64,000 bases of DNA from an uncultured Candidatus Saccharibacteria bacterium (lineage in GTDB: Bacteria; Patescibacteriota; Minisyncoccia; Phycocordibacterales; UBA9973). The stretch covers positions 69,376 to 133,375 of the forward strand of contig CAZSFP010000001.1 of NCBI GenBank assembly GCA_964606285.1, written 5' to 3'. The notes under the pieces are model-generated. The model was not told where the DNA came from. It made no database searches and was given only the letters and a program-made list of their open reading frames with translations. Positions 55,688-64,000 of this stretch are shown here, piece by piece (position 1 is the first letter of the stretch; each line of letters starts with the position of its first letter). Position numbers and translations under genes: made by a program.

Positions 55688-56614
55688 TTAGAAGTCTTTT
55701 GATTCTAGCGCAGATTGAGCTAATTTCATAGCACTTTCTTTTGATACCACCGTTGCGAGAAAACGACCATTGTGACAAAAGAGTGCATCTGGAACGCCGG
55801 CAACTCGAGAAAGATCAGTATTGGTAAGTCCGGCCCAAGATTTTGGAAACGATTTGCGAGCTTGAAATTCCCACGGAACAACACGGATCGCATGGATACT
55901 CCATTGAGTCTTATCTCTTTTTGGAACAACAGCATACACCACATCAGGAAAATCTTTGAGACAACGATTAACATCGAAACGGGAAATGTATTCCTCAAAA
56001 ACAAGAATATTTTTTTCTAATGATTTTTCATATGTCGTATTTACAAAATCTTGTTTTTCCTTTTCAGCTTTTGCCTGAAGTATTTCAGAAGAAAGAATTA
56101 ATTTTGCGAGAGTGACCGCTTTCATAAATGCAGTATCTTCAAAATTTTTTGTCTCATCTTCTTTTTTTACAGGAAGAAAAATTGCCAAAACATCATTGAT
56201 ACTATAACTAGGAATACCTTCGTATATATTTTTTGAAATATTGACACCATTGTCAAATGCATCTATCGACATGACAAGTTTATTTTCGACAAGAGTTTGT
56301 ACTTCAGTAGATTCACATATTTGTTCACCAAATTCTTTCCAGATCAAACCAAAACTTGCATATGGAATACCATTTGGTCGAACACCTGCACCACCTATCT
56401 GATGATGATCAAATCTTCCGCGAGCGGGGTCATATTCCCCACCAACATCGAGAACAATATCACCTTGAGCAATAATTTCCGGATCGCGTGAACGAAGAAT
56501 TTTGATCCGATCGTTATAGAGGAGTGATAATGCGGCACAAGCAAAAACATCATCAGTGTGATATCCACCACCATGTGTCACAACAACTTTTTTCTTTTTG
56601 AGAAATGAGAACAT
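55688..56614 (-). CDS. MYG1/UPF0160 family metal-dependent hydrolase-like protein
   Basis: 308 aa; N-terminus VVTHGGGYHTDDVFACAAL is reminiscent of the UPF0160/MYG1 pattern (THxGxFHxDE); tentative. Confidence 0.45.
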   Translation of the reverse strand: MFSFLKKKKVVVTHGGGYHTDDVFACAALSLLYNDRIKILRSRDPEIIAQGDIVLDVGGEYDPARGRFDHHQIGGAGVRPNGIPYASFGLIWKEFGEQICESTEVQTLVENKLVMSIDAFDNGVNISKNIYEGIPSYSINDVLAIFLPVKKEDETKNFEDTAFMKAVTLAKLILSSEILQAKAEKEKQDFVNTTYEKSLEKNILVFEEYISRFDVNRCLKDFPDVVYAVVPKRDKTQWSIHAIRVVPWEFQARKSFPKSWAGLTNTDLSRVAGVPDALFCHNGRFLATVVSKESAMKLAQSALESKDF

Positions 56615-56955
56615 TAATCGAGACGGAGAAGCTTAACACCGATCCAGTTGATAAGTGAGACGACAACTGATCCGATCACAGCTGCAGTAAAGCTCGTGAT
56701 CGTGACCCCTGAAACAATCAACGAGAGGAGGTAGAACAACAAACCATTCAAAACGATTGAGAACAATCCGAGAGTGAGGATATTGATCGGTAGTGTGAGA
56801 ATACGAAGGATTGGCTTGATAATAAAATTAATAAGTCCGAGTACTGCGCCGGCAATAAGTGCAGCAATGATACCAGAGACCTGAATACCGGGCACGAAAT
56901 ATGCCGTAATCATAATGCCGACAGTAAGAATCAACCAATGTAAAATAATTTTCAT
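56614..56955 (-). CDS. DUF360 / phage-holin-4-like small membrane protein
   Basis: 113 aa, four TM helices; I.AA.I.GA.LGL.NFIIKPIL..LTLPINILTLGLF..V.NGL. Confidence 0.55.
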   Translation of the reverse strand: MKIILHWLILTVGIMITAYFVPGIQVSGIIAALIAGAVLGLINFIIKPILRILTLPINILTLGLFSIVLNGLLFYLLSLIVSGVTITSFTAAVIGSVVVSLINWIGVKLLRLD

Positions 56956-56988
56956 AGTAGATAGAAAAAAGTAAATAGTAAAAAGAAA

Positions 56989-57441
56989 TTAGAACAAAGA
57001 TTCGACAACAGTTTTGACATCAGCGCCGTCGGCCTTGCCTTTGAGTTCACTCATAACCGCACCAACGAGCTTGCCCATACCTGTTTTATCAGCAATACCG
57101 AGCGCGTCTTTTTTTGCTTGCGCGATCGGACGAATCTCATCCTGACTCATCATGGTAGGAAGAAATGTTTCCAAGACTGCGTATTGCGCCTGTTCTTCGG
57201 CAACGAGATCCATACGGCCACCTTTGGTGAACTGATCAATACTGTCTTTGCGTTGTTTTGCGAGACGAGTAATGACCGCAAGTGCTTCTTCGTCAGAAAG
57301 TTCATCCTGCGGTTTGCGGCCTTTTGCGACAAGTTCATTCATACATGCAGCTGATATACCACGAAGAACTTCGAGTCGAACTGCATCCTTTGCTAGCATT
57401 GCTTGTTTTATTTGATCTTTGATTGATTGTTGAAGTGACAT
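56989..57441 (-). CDS. GatB/YqeY domain protein
   Basis: 150 aa; I....MKA....L..LR.I.........G... YqeY pattern; C-terminal MGKLVGAVMSELKGKADG. Confidence 0.7.
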   Translation of the reverse strand: MSLQQSIKDQIKQAMLAKDAVRLEVLRGISAACMNELVAKGRKPQDELSDEEALAVITRLAKQRKDSIDQFTKGGRMDLVAEEQAQYAVLETFLPTMMSQDEIRPIAQAKKDALGIADKTGMGKLVGAVMSELKGKADGADVKTVVESLF

Positions 57442-57512
57442 AATCCAAGTATGACTGAAAAATGAAATTTCGTCAAAGATTGTTTCGATATAAAATTTGC
57501 TATACTTTTTTT

Positions 57513-58235
57513 ATGTCACATCAAAATATTATTTTCTTTGATACTGAAACGACCGGTAATACCAAAAATGATCGTCTCTGCCAACTTGCGTATAAGCATA
57601 GCGGTACGGTATTCAATGAACTCTACAAACCACCTATCCCTATATCTATCGAATCCAGCGCTGTTTGTCATATCACAAACAAAATGGTTGCTGATAAACC
57701 AGCATTCAAAGACAGTCCTGTATATACTACTGTCAAAACATTATTCGAAGATCCGACCATTGTTCCCGTGGCTCATAATGCAGTCTTTGATCTTCAGATG
57801 CTATCTTCTGAAGATATTCGTCCACCGCATTTTATCTGTACGATGCGTGTTGCACGAGAATTGGACCCCGAACAAAAAATTCCAAAGTATAGCCTGCAAT
57901 ACTTGCGCTATTTTCTCGAGATCGAAGTCGAAGCAACCGCCCACGACGCACTGGGAGATGTTCTCGTCCTTGAAAAACTCTTTGAGCGACTCCAGAAAAA
58001 GATTATGGAAATAAATTCTTGCGATGAATCAGAGGCAATCAAACGAATGATCGAGATATCATCTCATCCAACACTTCTCAAGACATTCAATTTTGGTAAA
58101 TATGCCGGCATGTCCATCGCAGATGTCGCCCAAAAAGATCGTGGATATCTCGAGTGGATGCTCGACGCAAAAAAGAAAGGAGACACACTCGATGAAGACT
58201 GGATTTATACCCTTGAACAAATCCTTTCCAGATAA
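57513..58235 (+). CDS. 3'-5' exonuclease (DEDDh, DnaQ-like) with a C-terminal extension
   Basis: Exo I FFDTETTG, Exo II AHNAVFDLQML, Exo III H.A..D. The track ORF starts at 57462; the Met at 57513 is directly before Exo I. Confidence 0.7.
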   Translation: MSHQNIIFFDTETTGNTKNDRLCQLAYKHSGTVFNELYKPPIPISIESSAVCHITNKMVADKPAFKDSPVYTTVKTLFEDPTIVPVAHNAVFDLQMLSSEDIRPPHFICTMRVARELDPEQKIPKYSLQYLRYFLEIEVEATAHDALGDVLVLEKLFERLQKKIMEINSCDESEAIKRMIEISSHPTLLKTFNFGKYAGMSIADVAQKDRGYLEWMLDAKKKGDTLDEDWIYTLEQILSR

Positions 58236-58239
58236 AATA

Positions 58240-58275
58240 AAAAACACCTGCGTAGTGCGGGTGTTTTTTGTTTTT
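58240..58275 (+). terminator. rho-independent terminator
   Basis: AACACCTGCG-TAGT-GCGGGTGTT plus TTTTGTTTTT. Confidence 0.7.
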
Positions 58276-58302
58276 GTATAGCATGAATACTATCCATGAA
58301 TA

Positions 58303-58767
58303 CTATCGTTTAAATCTCTGAACTTTTCCATCAACAAATGTGAATGTTATCTTTTTCCAGCCTTTTATTTCTGTAAATAATTCCGGATTTTCAAGGTCAC
58401 TATTGTCCAACAGAAGAGAGGTGTATTTTGTGGTGTCATAATTTTCATCATCATCATATTTAATATGTACAAGATGAACAATTTCCTGATCTTTTCCAAC
58501 ATAGAGTATTTCATGTGTGGTAATCTCAAACAATACTCCTTCTTTCAAAATACTTATTTCTTCAATTGGATTTCCCTCCGATTCATGCTTCATCCAAATT
58601 CCAAAGAACAGAGCAGAAACGCATCCAAGAAAAAAGATCAGTACAAATCTTCCTTGCGTGATTACTATGAATCCTTCATGTAGTGAACGAAAAACAATCA
58701 AAGAGGTTACTATTCCAAACAGGATTAACCAAAAAAGAAAATTCCAGAAAGGTTTATTTGTCTTCAT
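58303..58767 (-). CDS. hypothetical membrane protein
   Basis: Start taken at MKTNKPFWNFLFWLILFG; three TM helices. The longer track ORF (to 58971) overlaps the upstream gene. Confidence 0.4.
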   Translation of the reverse strand: MKTNKPFWNFLFWLILFGIVTSLIVFRSLHEGFIVITQGRFVLIFFLGCVSALFFGIWMKHESEGNPIEEISILKEGVLFEITTHEILYVGKDQEIVHLVHIKYDDDENYDTTKYTSLLLDNSDLENPELFTEIKGWKKITFTFVDGKVQRFKR

Positions 58768-58834
58768 GTTGTTAAATTTTTTTGTTTTCGAAATAGTACT
58801 CTTTTTATAATTTTTGTCAAATAAAAAAAACCGC

Positions 58835-59209
58835 CTATGGTGGTGCAGTTTTATTTTTCTGTTGCATTTCGCGGACACGATTTTCAAGACCAATTTTATA
58901 ATAATCAGAAATCCGATAACTCTCTGACCATGTAGTTTCATATTCTCCTCCGCTTCCGCTGTCCAGTTCAATTATTTTATTATCCAAAAGAAAACTGAAA
59001 TCATCAGCAGATATATGGAAATTAACTGTCCCAGATCTGTATATATAAAACTCACTTTCATCCCATTCATCATACCTATCTTCTCGAGAGTTATACCAAA
59101 CAAGTTCTGCTCCTTTGAAACATAACAATGCCAGCGCATCAACAACTTTTGGCGGCTTACCTTCTTCGATAATAGGAATGTAAATGGATAATTCTTTTTC
59201 CTCTTCCAT
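58835..59209 (-). CDS. hypothetical acidic protein
   Basis: 124 aa; its ATG is 1 nt after the stop of the preceding gene (TGACATG). Confidence 0.4.
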   Translation of the reverse strand: MEEEKELSIYIPIIEEGKPPKVVDALALLCFKGAELVWYNSREDRYDEWDESEFYIYRSGTVNFHISADDFSFLLDNKIIELDSGSGGEYETTWSESYRISDYYKIGLENRVREMQQKNKTAPP

Positions 59210-59210
59210 G

Positions 59211-59525
59211 TCACCAAATTTTTCGTTTGAAAACCACCCGCTTTTTCCACCAGACAGTATCTGGTGTATTACCTACCATTTCAGTAGATAATTCTTTTTC
59301 ACAAGCCATACACTCATCACGGAGAGCGAGATATGTATCTTTCAAATCATAATTACCATTATCAATTTCCCTTAACAGACTGTCTGCTGTTTTCTTATCA
59401 CATGATGAACAGTGGTGTAGGACATACTTATAATTTGAAATTTTCTTTTCATTTGCTCTTTTTACAATCCAGGACATACCAACACAGAAGAAAAATAATA
59501 CGATATATATTGCTACTTTTGCCAT
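59211..59525 (-). CDS. membrane-anchored zinc-ribbon protein
   Basis: N-terminal TM helix, then HHCSSC ... CMAC (two CxxC pairs). Confidence 0.4.
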   Translation of the reverse strand: MAKVAIYIVLFFFCVGMSWIVKRANEKKISNYKYVLHHCSSCDKKTADSLLREIDNGNYDLKDTYLALRDECMACEKELSTEMVGNTPDTVWWKKRVVFKRKIW

Positions 59526-59621
59526 TAATTTAAAATATAAAGATTTGTTTAAGAATACGGCGAAATAGCTTTTCCGTCAATATTCTTTCACATTGGTTTC
59601 ATCTACGGTATAATTGTCTTC

Positions 59622-60668
59622 ATGCAAACACTTCTCGTCATATTGCTTCTCATTTTGATCGCTGGTCTCGCCTATCTAGCATTTTTCAAGAAAGAAAAAG
59701 AAGATGCCGGTAAAAATACCGGTCTTGATCTCATTCTTCAACAAGTCAACGAACTCTCACGGACTGTCGAAAATAAAATCCAGTCTTCGCATCAGACACT
59801 CCATGAGAGCATGCGTTTCCAAACAAGCGAAACCAGTCGCATCATCACTGATATCACCGAGAAATTGACCCGTCTCGATGAGACAAACAAACAAGTCGTA
59901 TCTTTTGCCGACCAACTCAAAAGTCTTCAGGATATTTTAAAAAATCCGAAACAACGCGGAGTGCTCGGTGAATACTATCTCGAAACACTCCTCAAAAATG
60001 TTATGCCACCCGGTTCGTATCAGATCCAGTATCCATTCCCCGATGGATCCATAGTCGATGCAGCAGTTTTTGTCAAAGACAAGATCATTCCGATCGATTC
60101 AAAGTTCTCGCTCGAGAATTACAACCGTATTGTTGAAACATCTGACAAATCTGAAAAAGAACGCCTCGAGAAACTCTTTGTGAGTGATTTGAAAAACCGC
60201 ATTGTCGAAACTTCAAAATACATCCAACCGGAACAAAACACGATGGACTTTGCCTTTATGTTCATCCCGCACGAAGCAATCTACTATGATCTTCTCATCA
60301 ACAAAATCGGCGGAATTACTGGTGAAGATACAGAAAACCTCATCCAACGTGCCGCTTCAAAATACAAAGTCATCATTGTGTCTCCGACATCATTCCTCGC
60401 ATATCTCCAAACTGTTCTCCAGGGCTTGAAGGCCATGCAGATCGAAGAAGGTGCCAAAGATATCATCAAACGTGTCGGTGAACTCGGCATGCATATCGGT
60501 AAATATGATTCATACATGCAAAAACTTGGTAATTCACTCGGAACAACTGTGAATCAATACAACATCGCTCACAAAGAATTGAAAAAGATCGACAAAGACG
60601 TCACTCGCATCACCGGCCAGTCCATCGATATCGATCCGCTCACTCTCGAGAAACCTCAGGAGGAATAA
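59622..60668 (+). CDS. rmuC: DNA recombination protein RmuC
   Basis: 348 aa; N-terminal TM helix, coiled coil, RmuC nuclease-like C-terminal domain (MFIP.E..Y). Confidence 0.8.
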   Translation: MQTLLVILLLILIAGLAYLAFFKKEKEDAGKNTGLDLILQQVNELSRTVENKIQSSHQTLHESMRFQTSETSRIITDITEKLTRLDETNKQVVSFADQLKSLQDILKNPKQRGVLGEYYLETLLKNVMPPGSYQIQYPFPDGSIVDAAVFVKDKIIPIDSKFSLENYNRIVETSDKSEKERLEKLFVSDLKNRIVETSKYIQPEQNTMDFAFMFIPHEAIYYDLLINKIGGITGEDTENLIQRAASKYKVIIVSPTSFLAYLQTVLQGLKAMQIEEGAKDIIKRVGELGMHIGKYDSYMQKLGNSLGTTVNQYNIAHKELKKIDKDVTRITGQSIDIDPLTLEKPQEE

Positions 60669-60671
60669 AAT

Positions 60672-60705
60672 AAAAAATACCGCAGTGAATGCGGTATTTT
60701 GTTTG
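60672..60705. terminator. bidirectional terminator (rmuC + / HAD gene -)
   Basis: ATACCGCA-GTGAAT-GCGGTAT with a flanking A-run and T-run. Confidence 0.75.
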
Positions 60706-61416
60706 CTATTTTGGATTGTGATAGATAACATCTTTGCGTTCTACAACTATCTGCCAACCACTCTTGTGTTTCGCATAATCAATTAAGTCTTGATTTGGAT
60801 TGAACAACACAGGATGCTCAACTTTTTCAAACATAGAGATGTCTCCTGTCGTATCACCAAAAGCATATGAACCTTTGATGCCGACATTGAGTTTTGTATC
60901 AGCGAGAATTCGATCAATTATTTTTCCCTTATCCATAATAAGATCTTGATGCATTGTCTTGCCTGTAAATTTTTTATCTTTATCAGTTTCATAGTAGATA
61001 CCGTACGACTTATCAAAGCCATGTTCTTTCGCAAAAATATCAACTATCATCTTTGGAGAATGTGAAATCATGATCAATTTGTAACCATCATTCTTTAATT
61101 CCTCAATACGTTTTTTAGTATAGACGTATGTTCTTTTTTTATATTGTTCTACGACATCTTTACAAACTTCAAGGATTTCAAAATAATCTTTTCCTTGAAT
61201 ATATTTCATAAAGACATGAACAACAGCCATAATATAATCATTGTGTGCACCTTCACGATCACGCCATGCTGCTTCTTGTTTCTCATATTCATACAATGCT
61301 TCTTTGGGGAAAATTCCTGCAATAATAAGTGCTACAACAAGATCAGCAAGAAGACTTCCGCGATAAAACGTACCATCAGCATCAACAGTTGCAAATTCAT
61401 ATTTTTCTTCTTCCAT
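60706..61416 (-). CDS. HAD-IB family hydrolase
   Basis: 236 aa; motif I FATVDADGT; motif II S; motif IV GD..GD. Family HAD-IB. Confidence 0.65.
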   Translation of the reverse strand: MEEEKYEFATVDADGTFYRGSLLADLVVALIIAGIFPKEALYEYEKQEAAWRDREGAHNDYIMAVVHVFMKYIQGKDYFEILEVCKDVVEQYKKRTYVYTKKRIEELKNDGYKLIMISHSPKMIVDIFAKEHGFDKSYGIYYETDKDKKFTGKTMHQDLIMDKGKIIDRILADTKLNVGIKGSYAFGDTTGDISMFEKVEHPVLFNPNQDLIDYAKHKSGWQIVVERKDVIYHNPK

Positions 61417-61567
61417 AAGTAATCTATATTTTTTTAAAAATCAATTTCCCATACTTTACATAAAATATCCTTATTTGGCAAGTTTTTCAGGATTCACATA
61501 TTGACTCTTGACAATAATTATGGTCATGATAGGATGAGAGGAAATTTTAAAAAACTCAATACACGTT

Positions 61568-62074
61568 ATGAAGAACACATCTTTATCTTTTTCGTTGCAT
61601 GCATATGCGACAACCACAGCAAACAACCTCGAAGCTCTTCTTAGAGGTATAAAGGAATCTGACCAAGATCCTGAACAAAAGGTTCAGTTAACCCAACTGA
61701 AGGAAATAAGGGATAAATTTCAACCAAAACACTACAAGACAGAAGATCCCAATATCATTGGAATTGGGTCTATCGTCAATTTTACATATCAGGATAAAAT
61801 CTGGGATGTTGTAGTTGATAATTCTGCCGTATGCGTTGGTCGCAAACCTGTTGCTATTATGGCGACATCCAAGCTTGGACAAGCTCTTCAAAAGAAAAAA
61901 GCTGGTGACACATTTATGGTTACGATTGGTGGAAAAAACCGATCAGTTATTGTTAACAGTGTTTCTCCATATGATGCAAAAACAATACTTGCCATCATTA
62001 CTGCCGCAGAAAAAACAGTAAATACAACAGCAGAACCTGCAATAAAAGAAAAGGAGGTCATCTTCACTACATAG
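61568..62074 (+). CDS. GreA/GreB-family C-terminal (FKBP-like) domain protein
   Basis: IGSIVNF......W.VVV.......GRKPVAIMATSKLGQALQKKKAGDTFMV resembles the GreA C-terminal domain (SPLARALIGKKVGD). Confidence 0.45.
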   Translation: MKNTSLSFSLHAYATTTANNLEALLRGIKESDQDPEQKVQLTQLKEIRDKFQPKHYKTEDPNIIGIGSIVNFTYQDKIWDVVVDNSAVCVGRKPVAIMATSKLGQALQKKKAGDTFMVTIGGKNRSVIVNSVSPYDAKTILAIITAAEKTVNTTAEPAIKEKEVIFTT

Positions 62075-62084
62075 TAAAACAACA

Positions 62085-62120
62085 AAATATATACAAAAAA
62101 ATCCCTGCATTACGCAGGGA
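62085..62120. terminator. bidirectional terminator
   Basis: AAAAAAATCCCTGCATTACGCAGGGATTTTTTATTT. Confidence 0.8.
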
Positions 62121-62132
62121 TTTTTTATTTGA

Positions 62133-63218
62133 TTAGAGTCCTTCTTTTTTGAGTTCAGAAATAAGTTCACGAGTTTTCTTTGAAAGTTTTTGTGGAAATG
62201 TGATCGTGACTTTGAGGAGGATATCACCGCGCTTCGAATTGTGTGGCACACCACGACCCTTAACTCGAAGAATTTCACCATGAGTAATTCCTTCTGGAAT
62301 TTTGACTTCGATACTTCCATCAAGTGCTTCGAGATTGTAGGTTGTACCAAGAAGTGCGTCAGAGAGTTTGAGTTTGAGTGTTGTCACGAGATCATTCCCC
62401 TCCCGATGGAAAACTGGATGTGATGCAACATTTATTTTGATATACAAATCACCTGACGTGCCGCCTTTGACTGCTTCACCAAGTCCGGTCATGCGAATCA
62501 TCTCACCATCGCGAATACCTGCAGGGATTTTGATCTCAACGTCTTCTTGGGCACGAGTGACACCTGCACCACGACAATTTGAACATTGTTCATGTGGCAC
62601 TTTACCCGCACCCATACATGTCTCACAGGTTGCAACGGTTGAAAAGTTGCCGAGGAAGGAACGCTTTGTTTCGCGAATCTGACCTTGACCATTGCAAGTC
62701 TTGCACGTATCCATCTTTGTTCCTGGTTTTGCACCAGTACCTGTACAGACAGAGCAAGTGGACTGTTTATTGAAAAGAATTTTTCGTGTGATACCAAAGA
62801 CAGCATCAGCAAATGTTATATCAATCTCAGTTGAGATGTCACGGCCGCGGCGAACTTGTTGTTGCCGACGTCCGCCACCACCAAAGAAATCTCCAAAGAT
62901 ATCTCCGAGATCACCCATATCAAATTCGACACCACCTTGCTGGAACCCAGAGAAATCAAAACCACCAAATCCACCTTGCTGTCCATATGGATTGCCCCCT
63001 TGGAATCCTGGACCAGCGGAACCGAATTGGTCATACTGGGCGCGCTTTCGGTCATCTGAAAGCGTTTGGTAGGCTTCATTTACTTCTTTGAATTTCTTGT
63101 CGTCACCCTTGTTTTTGTCAGGATGATACTTGTGCGCAAGCTTATGAAAAGCCTTTTTTATTTCATCTTTTGTGGCTCCTTTTTGGACACCGAGTGTTTC
63201 ATAATAATCTTTTGACAT
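62133..63218 (-). CDS. dnaJ: chaperone DnaJ
   Basis: J-domain (YYETLGV...HPDKN), G/F-rich region, four CxxCxGxG repeats. Start taken at MSKDYYE. Confidence 0.9.
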   Translation of the reverse strand: MSKDYYETLGVQKGATKDEIKKAFHKLAHKYHPDKNKGDDKKFKEVNEAYQTLSDDRKRAQYDQFGSAGPGFQGGNPYGQQGGFGGFDFSGFQQGGVEFDMGDLGDIFGDFFGGGGRRQQQVRRGRDISTEIDITFADAVFGITRKILFNKQSTCSVCTGTGAKPGTKMDTCKTCNGQGQIRETKRSFLGNFSTVATCETCMGAGKVPHEQCSNCRGAGVTRAQEDVEIKIPAGIRDGEMIRMTGLGEAVKGGTSGDLYIKINVASHPVFHREGNDLVTTLKLKLSDALLGTTYNLEALDGSIEVKIPEGITHGEILRVKGRGVPHNSKRGDILLKVTITFPQKLSKKTRELISELKKEGL

Positions 63219-63302
63219 AACGGCATTATAGCACATAAGTCAAATTTTGAAAATAAAAAACCAGTCTTTTATAGCTGGTTTTTTTATTTCAATTTCTATT
63301 AT

Positions 63303-63998
63303 TTAAAGAACACCGAGTGGGGCAGCTAACCATATATACGCATGTGGTTTCAGTTCATAATTCGTTTCATTAACAACTTTATGCAAGCGATATGACCACT
63401 GACCATTATTATGGAGCCATAACCAAACAAACCATGGTTCCCCATTCTTATCACGAGTCAGAAAGTAATTCCCACTATTTCCTTCAAAAAAAGCTTTCTT
63501 TCCATATGCACCAGAAAGGTATCTGTGCATAATTCCTTGAATATGATGAAGTGTTGTATTCGGATACAAATCTTGAGTAATTACCTCATCAATCATTTCG
63601 ACAAGATCTACACTTTTCGTAAATCTATACGGAGCAATGGGTACAATTTCCTGATGTTTTTCTTCATCAAAGAACGTAAAAAGAGGGAGATATTTTTTAT
63701 CAAAACTCTCAAGTTCACGTTCTGTAAAATCTGCATATTTAAACCGAAAAAAAGAATCGGGTGAATGTCCAATTGCCGAATATTTATCAACAGTATTTAT
63801 TGATGGACCAAAAAGTTTTAGACCTCCAAATTTTGTTTGAAATGGATATTTACCTTCCGTGGCATTTTGCAGTGCTTGCAAGGTAAATTTTGGTGAGATA
63901 GTTCCATTTTTGAACCGCTTATACAGTTCAGTCATTTTGTTGATAAATTCCACTGCTTCTTGGTCAGTGGTACCATTGTTTAAAGGAATTTCGAACAT
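63303..63998 (-). CDS. hypothetical protein
   Basis: 231 aa; its first Met is 2 nt from the window edge, so completeness is uncertain. Confidence 0.4.
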   Translation of the reverse strand: MFEIPLNNGTTDQEAVEFINKMTELYKRFKNGTISPKFTLQALQNATEGKYPFQTKFGGLKLFGPSINTVDKYSAIGHSPDSFFRFKYADFTERELESFDKKYLPLFTFFDEEKHQEIVPIAPYRFTKSVDLVEMIDEVITQDLYPNTTLHHIQGIMHRYLSGAYGKKAFFEGNSGNYFLTRDKNGEPWFVWLWLHNNGQWSYRLHKVVNETNYELKPHAYIWLAAPLGVL

Positions 63999-64000
63999 TA

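Overview
The window is an AT-rich (about 38-40% GC), gene-dense bacterial chromosome segment. TGA is used as a stop codon (e.g. infA, mraY), so the standard bacterial code applies. Small gene sizes, a split transketolase and an RRM-type RNA-binding protein suggest a reduced-genome lineage, possibly CPR/Patescibacteria-like; this is inference only. Recognisable content: a ribosomal-protein/rpoA cluster (infA-rpmJ-rpsM-rpsK-rpsD-rpoA-rplQ-rplM-rpsI), grpE, aspS, scpAB, a cell-wall block (mraY-ftsW-murG), gltX, a LexA operon with a canonical Cheo-type SOS box inside its promoter spacer, engB, an ABC-F ATPase, a DEAD-box helicase, rpmA/rplI/ctpA/rsmI, a tRNA-Ile(GAU), prfA (RF1), rpmE, rplY, a non-oxidative pentose-phosphate block (tal, split tkt, rpe, rpiB), gap, gatB, obg, rmuC and dnaJ. 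Hunt highlights: (1) directly 3' of tRNA-Ile, a two-gene module encoding a minimal ADP-ribosyltransferase-like protein (N-terminal HGS motif of the PARP/Tpt1 fold) tightly coupled to an N-terminally truncated family-I inorganic-pyrophosphatase-like protein. (2) A roughly 46-nt GC-rich hairpin repeat family in three copies: two inverted copies exactly bracket a DUF559/Vsr-like endonuclease gene inserted after gatB, and a solo copy lies 34 kb away. (3) An SOS-controlled small-ORF-lexA-unknown AT-rich gene operon. (4) A tandemly duplicated terminator-promoter-gene cassette with near-identical regulatory DNA but diverged coding sequence. (5) A candidate about 200-nt minus-strand ncRNA with tandem UUCG hairpins and its own promoter and terminator. 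(6) A relic gatB 5' end forming an overlapping upstream ORF. (7) Several small-peptide units and perfect palindromic operator candidates.
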